Assembly (NCBI GenBank): GCA_030324005.1 | Contig: JARDVH010000084.1 | Coordinates: 39,627,836 to 39,691,835, forward strand | Source: Negaprion brevirostris | Taxonomy: Eukaryota | DNA: 64,000 nucleotides | Direction of reading: 5' to 3' | In this document: one piece after another, positions 11,872-24,339 of the stretch | Layout of the letters: each line of letters starts with the position of its first letter | Numbering within the stretch: the stretch's first letter is position 1 | Program-made: the position numbers and the translations under genes | Notes under the pieces: generated by a model | The model's database searches: none | What the model was told of the DNA's origin: nothing | What the model saw: the letters and a program-made list of their open reading frames with translations, nothing else

Positions 11872-13297
11872 GGGAGGCAGTGGATGTCGTGGTATTACCA
11901 CTTAACCAGCAATCCAGAGAGACAGGGTTAATGCTCTGGGATATGGGTTCAAATTCCACCTTGGCAGCTGGTAGAATTTAAATTCAACTAACAAAAAATA
12001 TGAAATTAAAAGCTGGTCTCAGTAATAGTGAGCAGCAAACCATTGCCAATTGTCAGAAAAATCCATCTGGTTCACTAATGTCCTTTATGCTGTTCTTCCC
12101 TAGTCTCATCTGCATGTAACTCCAGACCCACAGTAATGTTGTTGACTCTTAAAATGCCCCCTGAGATGGCCTAGAAAACCACTCAGTTGTATCAAACAGC
12201 TGCAAAGACTAAAAGGAATGAAACTGCACAGATCACCCAGCACTAGAAATGACAATGGCATGCCCAGCCCCGTAGATTCCACAAAGCTCTCCATATTAAC
12301 GTCTGGAAGTTTGTGCCAAAATTGGGAGAGCTGTCCCATAGATCAATTAAGCAATAGCCTGACATAATCATGCTCATGTAATAATGCATTACAGATAATG
12401 TCCCAGAGACCATCTGTGCCATCCATGTGTATGTCCTGTCCCAATGGCAAGCCTGATCCAGCAGAGATAGCAACACGCTATATACAGTTAGGCAAGAGAT
12501 GCCCTGGCACTCCTTAATATTGACTCTGAACCCAATGAACTCTCATGGTAGCAGGTCAAACATGGGCAAGGAAACCTCCACCTGGTTACCATCTATCCTC
12601 AGCTGATAAATGAGTACTTCTTCACACTGAATATTATTTCAAGAAAGCACTGAGGATGGCAAGGACACAAAACATGCTCTGGGTGGGGAAGTGGGGGGAT
12701 GGGGTGTAGGGTCTTCAAAGTCCACCACCAGGAGTGACTTGGTCACATCACTTTAACCAAGTGGATGAGTTGTAAAGAACATAGCTGCTGGACTGTATTT
12801 GTGGAAGGTGTTGAGATAATCAGGATGAGGGAAAATCTACTTGACCTCGTCCTCACCAGTCTATGGGTCACAGGTGCATCTGTCCCTAAGAGTATTGGAC
12901 CACCACGCAGTTCTTTACATTGAGGATATCCTCCATTGTGTTATGCAGTACTACCACTGTGCAAAATGGGATTGATTTGGAACAGATGAAATAACTCAAA
13001 ACTAGGCATCCTTGAACTGCTATGGATTATTAGCAGTAGAATTGTATTCAACCACAATCTCACAGCCTGGTGTAGTCCCACTTCGTTACCATCAAGCCAG
13101 GGGATCAACCCTGGTTCAATGAAGAATGCAGGATGGCATGCTGGGTGCAACACCAGGCATACCTAAAATGAGGTGGCAACCCAGTGAAGCTACAACACAG
13201 GACTACCTGCATGCCAAGCAGCGGAAGCAGCATACGATAGACAGAGCTAAATGATTCCCACGGCCAGCGGATCAGACCAGAACTCTGTTGCACTGCC
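11872..13297 (+). mobile_element. tRNA-headed LINE, 5' part: head followed by APE endonuclease
   Basis: B-box GGTTCAAATTCC near 11946. From about 12295: INVWKFVPKLGELSHRSIKQ*PDIIML (APE N-terminus). Downstream sequence is homologous to 3850-4300. Confidence 0.85.
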
Positions 13298-13679
13298 AAT
13301 TGTGCACTAACTACTACAACAATTGGTTTCTCTAAGATAATTTATAGAAAAAGGTATGAGTAATGTTGGCAAAGTTTACAATAAAATGCAGCCTACCATT
13401 AAAGTACAGTACTCCATGTGAATTACATTGCAAATCTCTTTTACATGGTAGGAAATGCTCATTTCAATCGTCTAACTCCAAACCTTCATGGAGAGTGAAC
13501 ATTTCACATTGAGAAATGAGTGAAGATCCACTAAGTTCATGTTAGTCAAGAACTCAATCAAGAAGCTGCTCTGCTGACTCAGTGAGGATGGTGGCATTTC
13601 ATTCTTTATATCTGCTGAGACATTGAGGCATTGCAAAAAGTGTGTGGGGGCAACTAAAAGCAAAAACTATTCCTGGAAC

Positions 13680-13960
13680 TCTCTGGTGGCTCAGTTTGGA
13701 AGCACACTGTCTGGAATGGCTCAGTGCCACACAGAACAAGAAAATGTCCAAGCTTTTTCAGTCTGTATGAAGATGCCCGTTTTCAGCTCAAATGGTGCAA
13801 TTAGCCTCGGCCTGGAACATGCTCCTGATTACTAGTTGGTGACACCTGCTGGAAAATGCCTGTGTGAAGACTTTAAGGTCAGCAAAAGACTTGATGGTAG
13901 CTTGGCAACACTCGCTATCTAGTCTCATACATGAAGAATGGGCAAGTGTGGTAATACCTA
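13680..13960 (+). mobile_element. Ancient tRNA-headed SINE-like repeat (family unassigned)
   Basis: A-box-like tggctcagtttgg; body motifs cctgctggaaa and ctcatacatgaagaatgg recur in decayed form near 6130-6400, 19310-19450 and 57770-57890. Confidence 0.45.
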
Positions 13961-13985
13961 TAAAATTCTACCCTCTGTGATCTGG

Positions 13986-14324
13986 AAATCATAGAAACTC
14001 TACAGTGCAGAAGGAGGAGGCCATTTGGCCTATCAAGTCTGCATCGACAACAATCCCACCCAGGCCTTATCCCCACAGCCCCACATATTTACCCCACGAA
14101 TCCCTCTAACCTAGGCATCCTGGGACACTAAGGGACAATTTAGCATGGCCAATGCACCTGCACATCTTTGCACAGTGGGNNNNNNNNNNAGGGCACCCTG
14201 AGGAAACACATGCAGACGTGGGGAGAAAGTGCAAACTCCACAAAAGACAGTGACCCAAGCTGGGCATCAAACCCAGGTCCCTGGGGCTGTGAGGCAGCAA
14301 TGCTAACCACTGTGCCACCATACC
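13986..14324 (-). mobile_element. HE1-type V-SINE (tail A)
   Basis: Reverse complement ggtggcacagtggttagcattgctgcctcacag... ending gcactgtagagtttctatgatt. Confidence 0.9.
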
Positions 14325-15751
14325 ATCTTAAGCTAGTACTTTCAAAAGAGGAAGGCAGGAAAAGGGATATTTTCCTACCAAGCATGAAGAGGTTAACAAT
14401 TCAGTTGAATATTCAAAAGATAGAATGATTACCTGCTTACACTGATCTTCAACTCTCATCAGACAGGAGAGGTTTTACTGTTTCTTTTATACTCCCATTT
14501 AGAATATAAACACTGTCATTTAATATTAAAGACTGAAATAAACTGTTACTAGTTGTCAGATAGACCATTGCTTGCTCAGGTGTTGTGAGCAGTCTATGTG
14601 TATCACAAAGTGCATTTAAAAGGCAGCCAACTCCAGCTAAAGTTACAATGAAACAAATATAGACAGCCTTCATTAGCAGTAACTCGGCCAGATCAGCTAA
14701 ATGGTTCTTAATGTTAAGGTTTTACCATATGTCAGGATTTTGTTCTGGCTGGCAAACTGTTTAGTACTAGAGTGTTTGCATTCATTGATTTGCCAGGAAC
14801 AGTGTAAACAGCAATGTCTTGGAATTGAAAGTGTTTAGTTCTGGCAGCCATTTTGGGAAAGTCTATAAATAAGTGCATTTTGAAAATCCCTATCCATTTT
14901 AACAATGTAAGGTTGGCCCATGGCAACATAGAGAACTTGCATCNNNNNNNNNNTCAGGCCCAACTGTCCCATGCCAGTGTTTATGCTTCATACAAGCCTC
15001 TTCCCACCTCACTCGATCTCACCCAGTCAAAGTAACCTCTTTTTCTTCCTCACCTGGATTCCCCCTAAATATACCTAATGTCTTTGCCTCAATGACTCTT
15101 TGTAGTTGCAAGTTCCACAATTTCAACATTCATCAGGAAAGAAGCTTTTGGATTCATTAGTGACAAACTTATATTTACAACCCTGTGTTTTGGAACTTTC
15201 TGGTATCAGATATGTTTCGATGTTACAGCATTGATGCTTTTCAGTAGCTTTATCTTGCTGCAATTCTGGTTGATGACTTTTTTGAAAAAATTGTGAAAAA
15301 AGTAAGGACCAACAATTAGGATCTATGAACAAATAAGTGCCCATTTCTGCAACCATAAGGACCCATATTTCAACAGCAAGAAAATGTGCCAAAATGTACA
15401 CTATTTTCTGCTCCCCTTTCGCACAATTGACATGATAAATGTATAAGGACATTTACTGGATGGACATCCCTTTCTTTCATTGCATTAGGTAATCTCAAAG
15501 TCACAACAACTTTTGAAAATTTAACACCGTGCGTTATCTTTTCAATTACTTACATTACATTAACAAACACCATATTTAGAACAAGATTTGGATTTTTCAC
15601 CTCTGTTTCTTTTTAATTCAGCAATTCCCTCCTTCAAACGGCATAAGCAGGCTACTAATGCCACTTGAACCAATGGATAGTACATGCATAAGAAAAACGC
15701 AGGTCAAATTAGCAATCCATTTTCCTTCCCATCACAAAAGCAACATCAAAA

Positions 15752-16592
15752 ACAACTTATAGTTACTTAGCACAATGAAATGTCCCAAGGTACTTCACAG
15801 GAGCATCCAAGCCACACAAGGAGACATACCAGATGACCAAATGCTTAGTCAAAGAACTATGTTTTAAGGAGTGTCTTCAAGGAAGGAAGTGAGATGGAAA
15901 GGAAAAGAGCTGTCGGGAAGAAGTTCCAAAGCTTGGGGTCTAGGGAATTGAAGGCACAGCCATCAATGGTGGAAAGAAAAAAATGAGGACGCCCAAGAGG
16001 GCAGAATTAGATAAATGGAGATATCTCAGAAGCTTGTTGAGTGAGGGAAGATTATAGAGATAGCAAGGGGAAAGGCCACAAGGGGACAAGTTTGAAAACA
16101 AGGAGGAGAATTTTAAAATCAGGGTGTTGCTTGCCCAGGAGCCAATGTGGGTCAGCAAACACAGGGGTGATAGGGGAATGGCATTTACTGTGAGTCAAGA
16201 CTCAGACAGCAGATTACCTTAACTTTATGAAAGCTAGAATATGGGAGACCAACCAAGTGTGCGTTGGAATACTTGAGTTTAGAGCTAATGGAGGCATGAA
16301 TGAGGGTTTCAGCAGCAGATGAACTGAGACTGGGTAAAGTGAGACTGGGTGATGTTACAAAAGTGGAAACAGGTGCTCTTAGTGATGGGACAAATATGAG
16401 GTCAGAAGCTCAACTCAGGATAAAATGTGATATCAAATTTGTGAACAAATTGATTCAATCTCAGACTGTTGCTTTGGAAAGGGATGAAGTTGGTAGCTAG
16501 GCAATGAAGTTTGGAGTGAGGACCGAAAACAATGGCTTTGACCTTCCCAAAATGTAATTAGAGTAAACTTCTGCTCATGTAGTACTGGATCA
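15752..16592 (-). mobile_element. L2 LINE 3' portion
   Basis: Reverse-complement tail gtgaagtaccttgggacatttc; decayed ORF2 C-terminus (LHWL..F KILLLVFK-like); homologous to 47425-48770 and 54885-55120. Confidence 0.7.
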
Positions 16593-17555
16593 TCAGAGAG
16601 GGCATTTAGTTTCTGTTTGGCATTTTGCTTAAACTGCCTGGTTGTGATTGAAAAGTTAATTAGTGGGGAATCAAATTGGCACTTTCTTTATTTGACATCC
16701 TCCATGTTGTAACACACTTATACACCAACAGACCACAGGGAACCTAAACTGTATAGAGAAGATGCTTGACAGCACATGCTGCTATTTCTATTGTTATGCA
16801 ATTCATAAAGAAACCAACCACTGACTTCCCACCTCAACCATCTTAAAATATGATACACATCTGTGATGTTAGTCACGAGAAGGCTTTCTCTGTCACTCCT
16901 GTACAGGTTAAAAATCCCTCACAAACATACTTCATTCCTGTACCTAAAGCTTAAAGGCAAGAACTGACTAGGACAGAAATACCAACTGCACAGGCCCATA
17001 ATCCATTTGCTTTGTAAAATCCCAATTGAAAGCGCCAAAAATATCCATCATCATCTTGTGCAGGCTGTACTTAAGAAAAGATCACAAATCAAAAATGCTC
17101 TGTGTGTTTTTAGCTTTCAGATGGTTTAATATAATGTACCAGGTATAAATTTACAATTGAAATTGGATTATGTTGCTTACAGTGACTTGCTGGTGGGCAA
17201 TGATGCAAATACAAAAACAAATAAAATAACAGCTTATATAATTTTCCTGACCAAAAATAGAAGTGAAAGTTGCCTGTGGATTACCCAGCAAATTCTATCA
17301 GTAGTTCAGAAGGATAATTTCAAAGACAAGCCCTGAAGGTTATTTATGGCTCTTATAAAAATGTACCTCATAAGATTTCAGTTAACTTATTAACAACTAT
17401 AGCAGTGCTTTAGAAAGGAATTAGGCTTCAGCAACTTGACAAATTTTATATTTCAGTCAAACAAAAAAAGCATCTTTCTCTCTCTAAATATGATTGGCAG
17501 TCAAAGCTGATCGTTCCTGCAAAATGCCAATCATTTGTTTGAGGAATGAGAATCA

Positions 17556-17717
<162 letters not shown>

Positions 17718-19011
17718 TCAGGATCATGCTATAATGCTCAACCCACGTATATTAGATCACATTCAGGCCATAGTTTCATGTTTGAGTTAATACCTGAAAC
17801 ATATTAATGCCTGAAACAAACTCCAAACTCATATTCAATCTACATCCAGAACCTGAGAGGATTGCATAGTCCTGTTAAATCTGTATACATCAGACCCTCT
17901 GCTAGAACGACATTCATCCATCTAGACTGGACTTCTTCTTATGTACTGTCTCTGGTATCCTTACAAATAAAGTATTCTGCAGTTTATGCTTAATATTATT
18001 CTATTTTATTAAGCCCAGTTTCTTCATTAGAGAGGAAACTACACACATCCACAGGTCATCTGGAAGTTAAGCCTACACCACAGAATATTGGCAGTAGTTA
18101 ATGCACTTAGCAATAAATGGTAAAACATTCCATACTTCAGGTAAGGGTCATAGGTGGGATTCTCTGGCTGCGCTCGCCCCTAAATTGGAGAATCCCTCCC
18201 TCCCCCCTGTCAAAAGACCTTTACATCATCCGCCCCCCTGCCTGCTACAGTTCTCATGATGGGCAAGTTGGAGAATTCCTCCCACCTCCCAATTACTTCA
18301 GTATTTCAAACGATTATGGTTCCAGTAAGTGACATCCTTTGGTCTATCTCTTTCCTTTCTCTCACTTCCATTCTGTTCTGCAAGCTGCTCTATGAAGGGC
18401 TATTTTTGAGACAATACTGACAGGTGAGAAGTAAACAACAGCGATGTTTTTAACAATTATCCCCGTTGATAGAAACTTCAATAAATTCAAAGGCAGCTTT
18501 AGTATTCCGTCTCCGCTACAATTAGAATGTCACAGTCAATATTCAGAAAGGTCACTTGTTGAAAGTCTGCATTGTTGCCATATGTACTATCTCAAGAAAA
18601 AAATGTTATATTTGCACGCCTTGGAATTTCTTTGAATAGACTATTCAATGGTTAGAAGATTAGATATTTAAAATTTAAGGGGTATATTTTCTGCTTAGAA
18701 TTTAGAAGTTTTTTATAATTCTGGCTTTTGTCTGAACCAAAGGAAACAATAATGAATTTGAACATTGTTCAGAAAAAATATTAACATTTGAAAATACCAA
18801 TAAAAAGGGAAAGTTAACAACGAGTGCTTCCTCGTAATATTTAATATAGAAACCAAATTGCACTCCGTCCCTCACAGGGGAGGAAGTCCTGCCCTCTGGA
18901 TGTGCAGCCAGTCAATTTGGCTAGCACTGGTCCCAGTAATGCCAGGCAGGCAGTAGTGCCACTACCAGGATTGCAGGAGAAGGAAAAAAGGATCAAGGCC
19001 CATACAGGAGG

Positions 19012-19272
19012 TCTTGCTGCAGCTGTATAGGGCACTGGTGAGGCTGCAGCTGGAGTACTGTGTGCAGTTTTGGTTGCCACTCTTACGCAAGGATATTTTG
19101 GCCTTGGAGGGAGTGCAGAGGAGGTTTACTAGGCTGATACCGGAGTTGAGGGGGTTNNNNNNNNNNNNNNNNNNNNNNNNNNNNNNNNTGAGTAAGATAT
19201 TCTGTCAGAGAGTTGGTGTAAACTTGATGGGCTGAATGGCCTCTTCTGCACTGTAGCGATTCTATGATTCTC
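19012..19272 (+). mobile_element. CR1 3' fragment spanning a gap
   Basis: LLQLYRALVRLQLEYCVQFWLP..LEGVQRRFTRLIPELRG; tail gattctatgattc. Confidence 0.9.
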
Positions 19273-20889
19273 CATTACCTTCTCTTACTCTGTTGAACGC
19301 ATTGACTCCTTGTGTGCGAGCCTTGGACAACAGCAGGATATTTGAACGAAAGCCACCTAGCTGACCCTGCCCTCACCTACCACCACTTTTTCACTCTACA
19401 GTCAGGCACTGCTGGATAACAATCCTAAACAGCAAGCATGGCTAATTTTGTAGCATTTGGACAATGAAGGTGGATTCAACACAGTAGAGGTGACTTTGGA
19501 GATGGAAAATTTTTGAAAACTGCTCAATGGATTAGCTGCTCAACACCTCTACTTGATCTTACATAATATGGCTGCCCCAAAAAACGGCAACCCACTTCAC
19601 AGAGGTGGCTAGCCAATTAGGGTAATTCAGGTACTATTTAGGTGCCCCCTCCAAACTGGGGGCTGGAGCCTGGTATAACCTGCAGGTGGCTTTCTGGCCA
19701 TTACAGCCTTCCCTCAATGACCCAATCACAAAGCCTCTGGGATGAACAGGCCATAGCCACTAACAACCATATGGAGATTTTTCCCTTCCAGACCAATTGC
19801 TCTGACAGCCCTGGGCAGTCTGTATTTTTAAAATCTGCATCAAACTTCAGAGAATGCTTCCATGTTGAGGCATCTTCATTGTCCCTTTTTCCTTCAGCAC
19901 CTGTCTTTACTTCAGACTCTCTGATTGAGCCTCCCATCATCCTTATTCAGAGAACAAATATGGAGGCGGACTCTTAGTTAACCATCTCCTGGAAGATTCT
20001 TCCAGTTAGCTCACCTTGAGCCTGAGTGGATCAGGACTCGGAAATGGTCTGCCGATATCCTGACAGCAGCAAACTGCAATCTGACTGTCAATGACCAAAT
20101 TAGATTAAAGGTGGAAATTTCCTTGCATCCAGCTGCAGATTCAGGGCCATTTCTCTCTGCTGCACATCAATATTGCTCCAATTTCCTTGTTAATTTTTGA
20201 TTTAATATTCTGCAGCTAAGCTGAATCTCAATGAAAATTCATTGATCGAACCCTGACTCACAGTTGCAGTAAACTAAGCCAGACTGATAAAGCTTCCATC
20301 ACGTCTTCTTGATGCTATGGATGCTGCTTCTGTTCTACATTTTGCAAACCGTAATCAGAATTTCTCCTCATTCAGCACAAAATGCAACGTTGCAAGCAGC
20401 ACACAAGAAGTGGTGTTTAAGCCAAATAATTTCATTAAGAATTAAACATCTGCATAAACATTCATTTTCTAAAATGATCAAACTAGCCACAGGGGGACTG
20501 ACAACCTCCAGTAGCATGAAGCCAAATCTGTGAATATGCTTCCAAAGCAACGTAAAGGGTCATGTACATGTATCCAATCATTGTAGCAAGGTATATCATA
20601 AATAAGCATTGCAATATCCTATAGACACAGCCCTCATCATATTAATGTGCTTTTGATTCACTGGGATTCATTCATTAAATTCATGTTTTTAGATGGGTGG
20701 TATGGTGTTGGTTCATATCAAGAGGTTTACATCAATTATCCTCACTCGGTTTCTGATCACAACTGTAAGGGATTACTGAAGAGAAGGTGACTGCTACTCC
20801 CATGGAGAGAGATGAAAGAACAGGCATGGCATTTCGAGAACACTAATGAAGGCTCAGGGGCAGGTTGTCCACCTGCCTATTTTCATATG

Positions 20890-21280
20890 ATAGGGTCATA
20901 CAACACAGAAGGAAGCCATTCAGCCCTGAGTGCCCATATTGGCTCTTTGAAAGAGATATCCAATGAGTCAAATTCTCCAGCTCTAATCCCATTGATCTGC
21001 AATTCTGTTCCCTTTCAAATACTGGTTCAATTCTCTTGTGGAAGTTGCAACTGAGTCAGTTTCCATTCCTCTTTCAGGCAGTGTATTCCAATTTATAACA
21101 ATTCTGCATAAAAATAAATTATTTCTCCTCATATTCTTTTGCTAATTGACTAAAATCTACATCTTCTGATTAATGACACACGTCTGAATAGAAATGGTTT
21201 CTCCCAGCTTGCTCCATCAAAACCCCTGAATTTTCAACACTTCCATTAAATTCCCTCTTCACCTTCTCTTCCCTCAGGAG
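20890..21280 (-). mobile_element. Old CR1 3' tail
   Basis: cataacacagaaggaagccattcagccc.. is the reverse complement of the CR1 3' UTR. Confidence 0.65.
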
Positions 21281-21386
21281 ATATATGTGATGTGGTGGGG
21301 CCCAGCCAGTGAATGCCGAAGAGGAGAAAAAGTTTTTTTAAAATCTTACCACTATTCAAACAGTCTAAAGGTGGCAGACTACAGTC

Positions 21387-21535
21387 CCATTACTGTAACA
21401 TGACATTCTGCACCCTCTCCTTTCCTTCTCCTCTATGTACTCTATGAACAACATGCTTTATCAATATAGCATGCAAGAAACAATACTTTTCACTGTATGC
21501 CAATACCATGTGACAATAATAAATCAAATCAAAAT
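21387..21535 (+). mobile_element. Rex/Babar LINE 3' tail
   Basis: caagaaacaatacttttcactgt..gacaataataaatcaaatcaaa is the reverse complement of 36541-36660. Confidence 0.75.
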
Positions 21536-22051
21536 GATAATCTTCAACGCATGTTGCAGTATTCCAGATTCTCAGTGTACCCATCATGCTGTTGTCAATA
21601 GAAGCATGTATTTTGCATTAAATAATTTGACCCACACAACACCATTTTAGCCATTCACTGCTCAAAGCTAATAACACTAATAAAGAATAAAAACAAAGCC
21701 CTTTGAAGATAAAGATACAAACTCTCCAGCATACCAGGAATCACAACAGAGATGCTGAGAATACACACTTGAGCCAGCTTTCTTAGGCCGTGTATCTCCA
21801 ATATTTCCATTCTTAATGCAAAACTTACAGCTTTTGCTGTTTCCCATTTCATTTAAGGAAGACAAGCTGAATTTTTTAATAGCAAGTTTGCTTTTGGTTT
21901 TGAAATCTGGTATTGTTATAAGAAAGATCACAGACAATAAAAGGCCACTCCATCCATCAAAGCCCTTCCCTTCATTTCCTGTCACTCACATTAGAACCTG
22001 TAGTTCCATTTTGGATGGTTCTAATTTTTTTTTTACCTCTTCTATGCTTAA

Positions 22052-22210
22052 CATTTAAAATACATTTGGACAGGTACATAGATGGGAAACATTTAGAGGT
22101 GTGGGCCAAATGCAGGCAAATGGGACTAGTTCAATTTAGAAAACATGAACAGCATGAATGAGTTGGGCTGAAGGGCTTGTTTCTGTGCTGTATATCTCTA
22201 TGATCTATGG
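22052..22210 (+). mobile_element. CR1 3' tail
   Basis: catttaaaatacatttggacaggtac..gggctgaagggcttgtttctgtgctgtat. Confidence 0.8.
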
Positions 22211-22409
22211 TTTATTTGTTCCATGACTATGAGGAGCTAGCTCAACTGTGCAGGTTCTCCTTCAAATAATACAAGCACACTGGATTTCTACAGTGCAGCA
22301 TTTTGACTACTTCCTGGATAATGGCTCCAGACATTCAAAAAAATGTTCCAGTGGTCTAATAGCATGTTACCATTATAACTAAGCCGAGCCCCTTTTCATG
22401 TTGGCTATC

Positions 22410-22660
22410 AAAAGTGTTGTCTTTCAGATGTGATGTTCAGCCGCCCCTCTTAAGTGCTGTTAAAAGATCCAATTACATCAAACGAAGAGCAACAAAGCTC
22501 TTCTGGAGTCCTCGTCAACATTTATTCCTCATCAAATATCACCAACAGGATTATCTGCTCATTGATTTCAGAGCTGTTTACTCAACCATGTGTGCAAATT
22601 AGTGTGTTTTCTCTACATTATAGAAGTACTTAATTGGTTGTGAAGTGCTTTGGGTCATCT
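22410..22660 (+). mobile_element. DeuSINE (SacSINE1-like) decayed body
   Basis: gtgttgtctttcagatgtgatgtt..aaaagatcc..gaagagca..catttattcctcatcaaatatcacc; homologous to 47030-47375. Confidence 0.65.
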
Positions 22661-23289
22661 TCAGACTCACAAGAATCATAGAGTGGCAATGGCACAGAAG
22701 TAGGCCATTCGGCTCTCTGCATACGTAATTCAGTTAAATAAATGCAAATTTTTCTTCTTATTTTATTCTTTCATGAGATGTGATGTTGTTGGTCATTCCT
22801 TCTCTTAATTCAAAGTTCCCAGTGATGCCAAGTACAATGCACAAAATGAGGGATCTCTGCTCTTGAATCAAAGAATGGTGTCCATCCGCCTTATGTTGTC
22901 ATTCCCTGGGAAGAGTGAAGTGTCTCCATATACTACAGGGATCACTTGCGAACTGCCAGATGTAGCAGATGTGCCTTGTGATAGATGTGAAAGATTTGGT
23001 AGCATGTAAGTTTCATGTTGTGACAAGATGTTTTTCTATGGAAAGAACTAACTTTGCTCTAAATGTCCTAGCAGATTATCATGTAGCCATTTGAGTGGAA
23101 AAGTGGGGCAAAAAAGATGTCTCCTATGATATGTCCAGGGTGTGCTGGATTGAATTAAGGCAGATCCTGAGGTGACTATAGAAATATACAAAATGTTTCT
23201 GTACTTCCATGTTGCTGTAGTCAGATTAGTTTGATTTTTCATGAACTCAAGGAACTAAAATACATAAAGATGAAGAAAATCAATTGCCC

Positions 23290-23760
23290 CCTGTTAATGC
23301 ACCTGATATTGTTTGGCCCAGTTGCACCTTTTATTTAAGCAACTCTTCAATTTTTGTCCTACCTCCTTCAATTCCAAAACTCCTCTGAATTTGTTGCTAC
23401 CTGCAAATATGACTAACTTGCACTCAATTTCTGAATGAAAGTAGCAACAATGGCGGTTGGGACAGTATGTGTTGGGCACCACACTTAAGTTTTTTTTAAA
23501 AAAGACTTATCCTGAAATAACCCCACTAACTATTACCATTTCTAGCATTCAGCCAATTTTCAATCACCAGTCATTTTTAAGCTTCAATTCTCCAAAGTTT
23601 TGAAATTAACTAGGCTCCTTTTATGTGGAACCTATTAAATGCCATCTGGAAGGCATTTCAATGTATTCAATGCTGTAGGGTTTACCATAGTCTACTTAGG
23701 TTATCACTTCCTCCAAGAAATCAAGGAGGCTGGTCTGGCAAAGCTATGTTGACTGAAATT
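23290..23760 (-). mobile_element. Very old CR1 RT fragment
   Basis: Reverse complement gives ECKLVIFAGSNK (decayed KFADDTK) and ttccagatggcatttaataggttcc (FQxAFxxVP). Confidence 0.55.
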
Positions 23761-24230
23761 TATTAGATTTTACAGCAAGACGCCACATCACTGGCAGAAC
23801 GTCAGAAAATCTTGGCACTGGGGTTTACCAAAGGAAGTAGTTAATTCCTGTATTAAGTTTGTTTGAGGAAGATGGCCACTGTTGCCAGGCTTCATATGTA
23901 CACCTTCCTGAATATTATCAGAAACTTGCCTCATTTTTTCTTCCAATTAGTTAGGGGCCAAATAATCAAAATAGATTATCAAGCTAACATTAATTGACTT
24001 TACTTTTTAATTGACATTTCAGTTCTAAGGTGTTGCTCCATTTTGAATTAAAGAAATGTTACATAATTATTAGGCAACGTTCTCCCAATTTTATTCTCTC
24101 TAATGTTTTGTTCCCCTCACGCAGTGACATGTAATTGTCTTTCAAAAACAGAAAACATGTTTCAATTTGAAGGAACAAGAAAAGAATGAATCTTGAATGT
24201 TGACAGACAAAGATATGTTAATTTAACATT

Positions 24231-24339
24231 GGCCATGATTTTCTGGTTCCACCATGGGATCGGCGGACCATTCAAATCTCCATTGACTTCAGCGAGACTG
24301 GAAGATCCCACTGGTGCGAAGGGCTGGACAATCCCACCC
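24231..24339. mobile_element. MITE with 3-bp TSD (PIF/Harbinger-related)
   Basis: Ends GGCCATGATTTTCTGG / CTGGACAATCCCACCC with ATT on both sides. Related ends near 9930, 18153 and 43180. Confidence 0.6.

Noticed and set aside
12680-12712. G-quadruplex-like G runs (also 1441-1460 and 29089-29108)
   Set aside because: Inside repeats or isolated; no supporting context.
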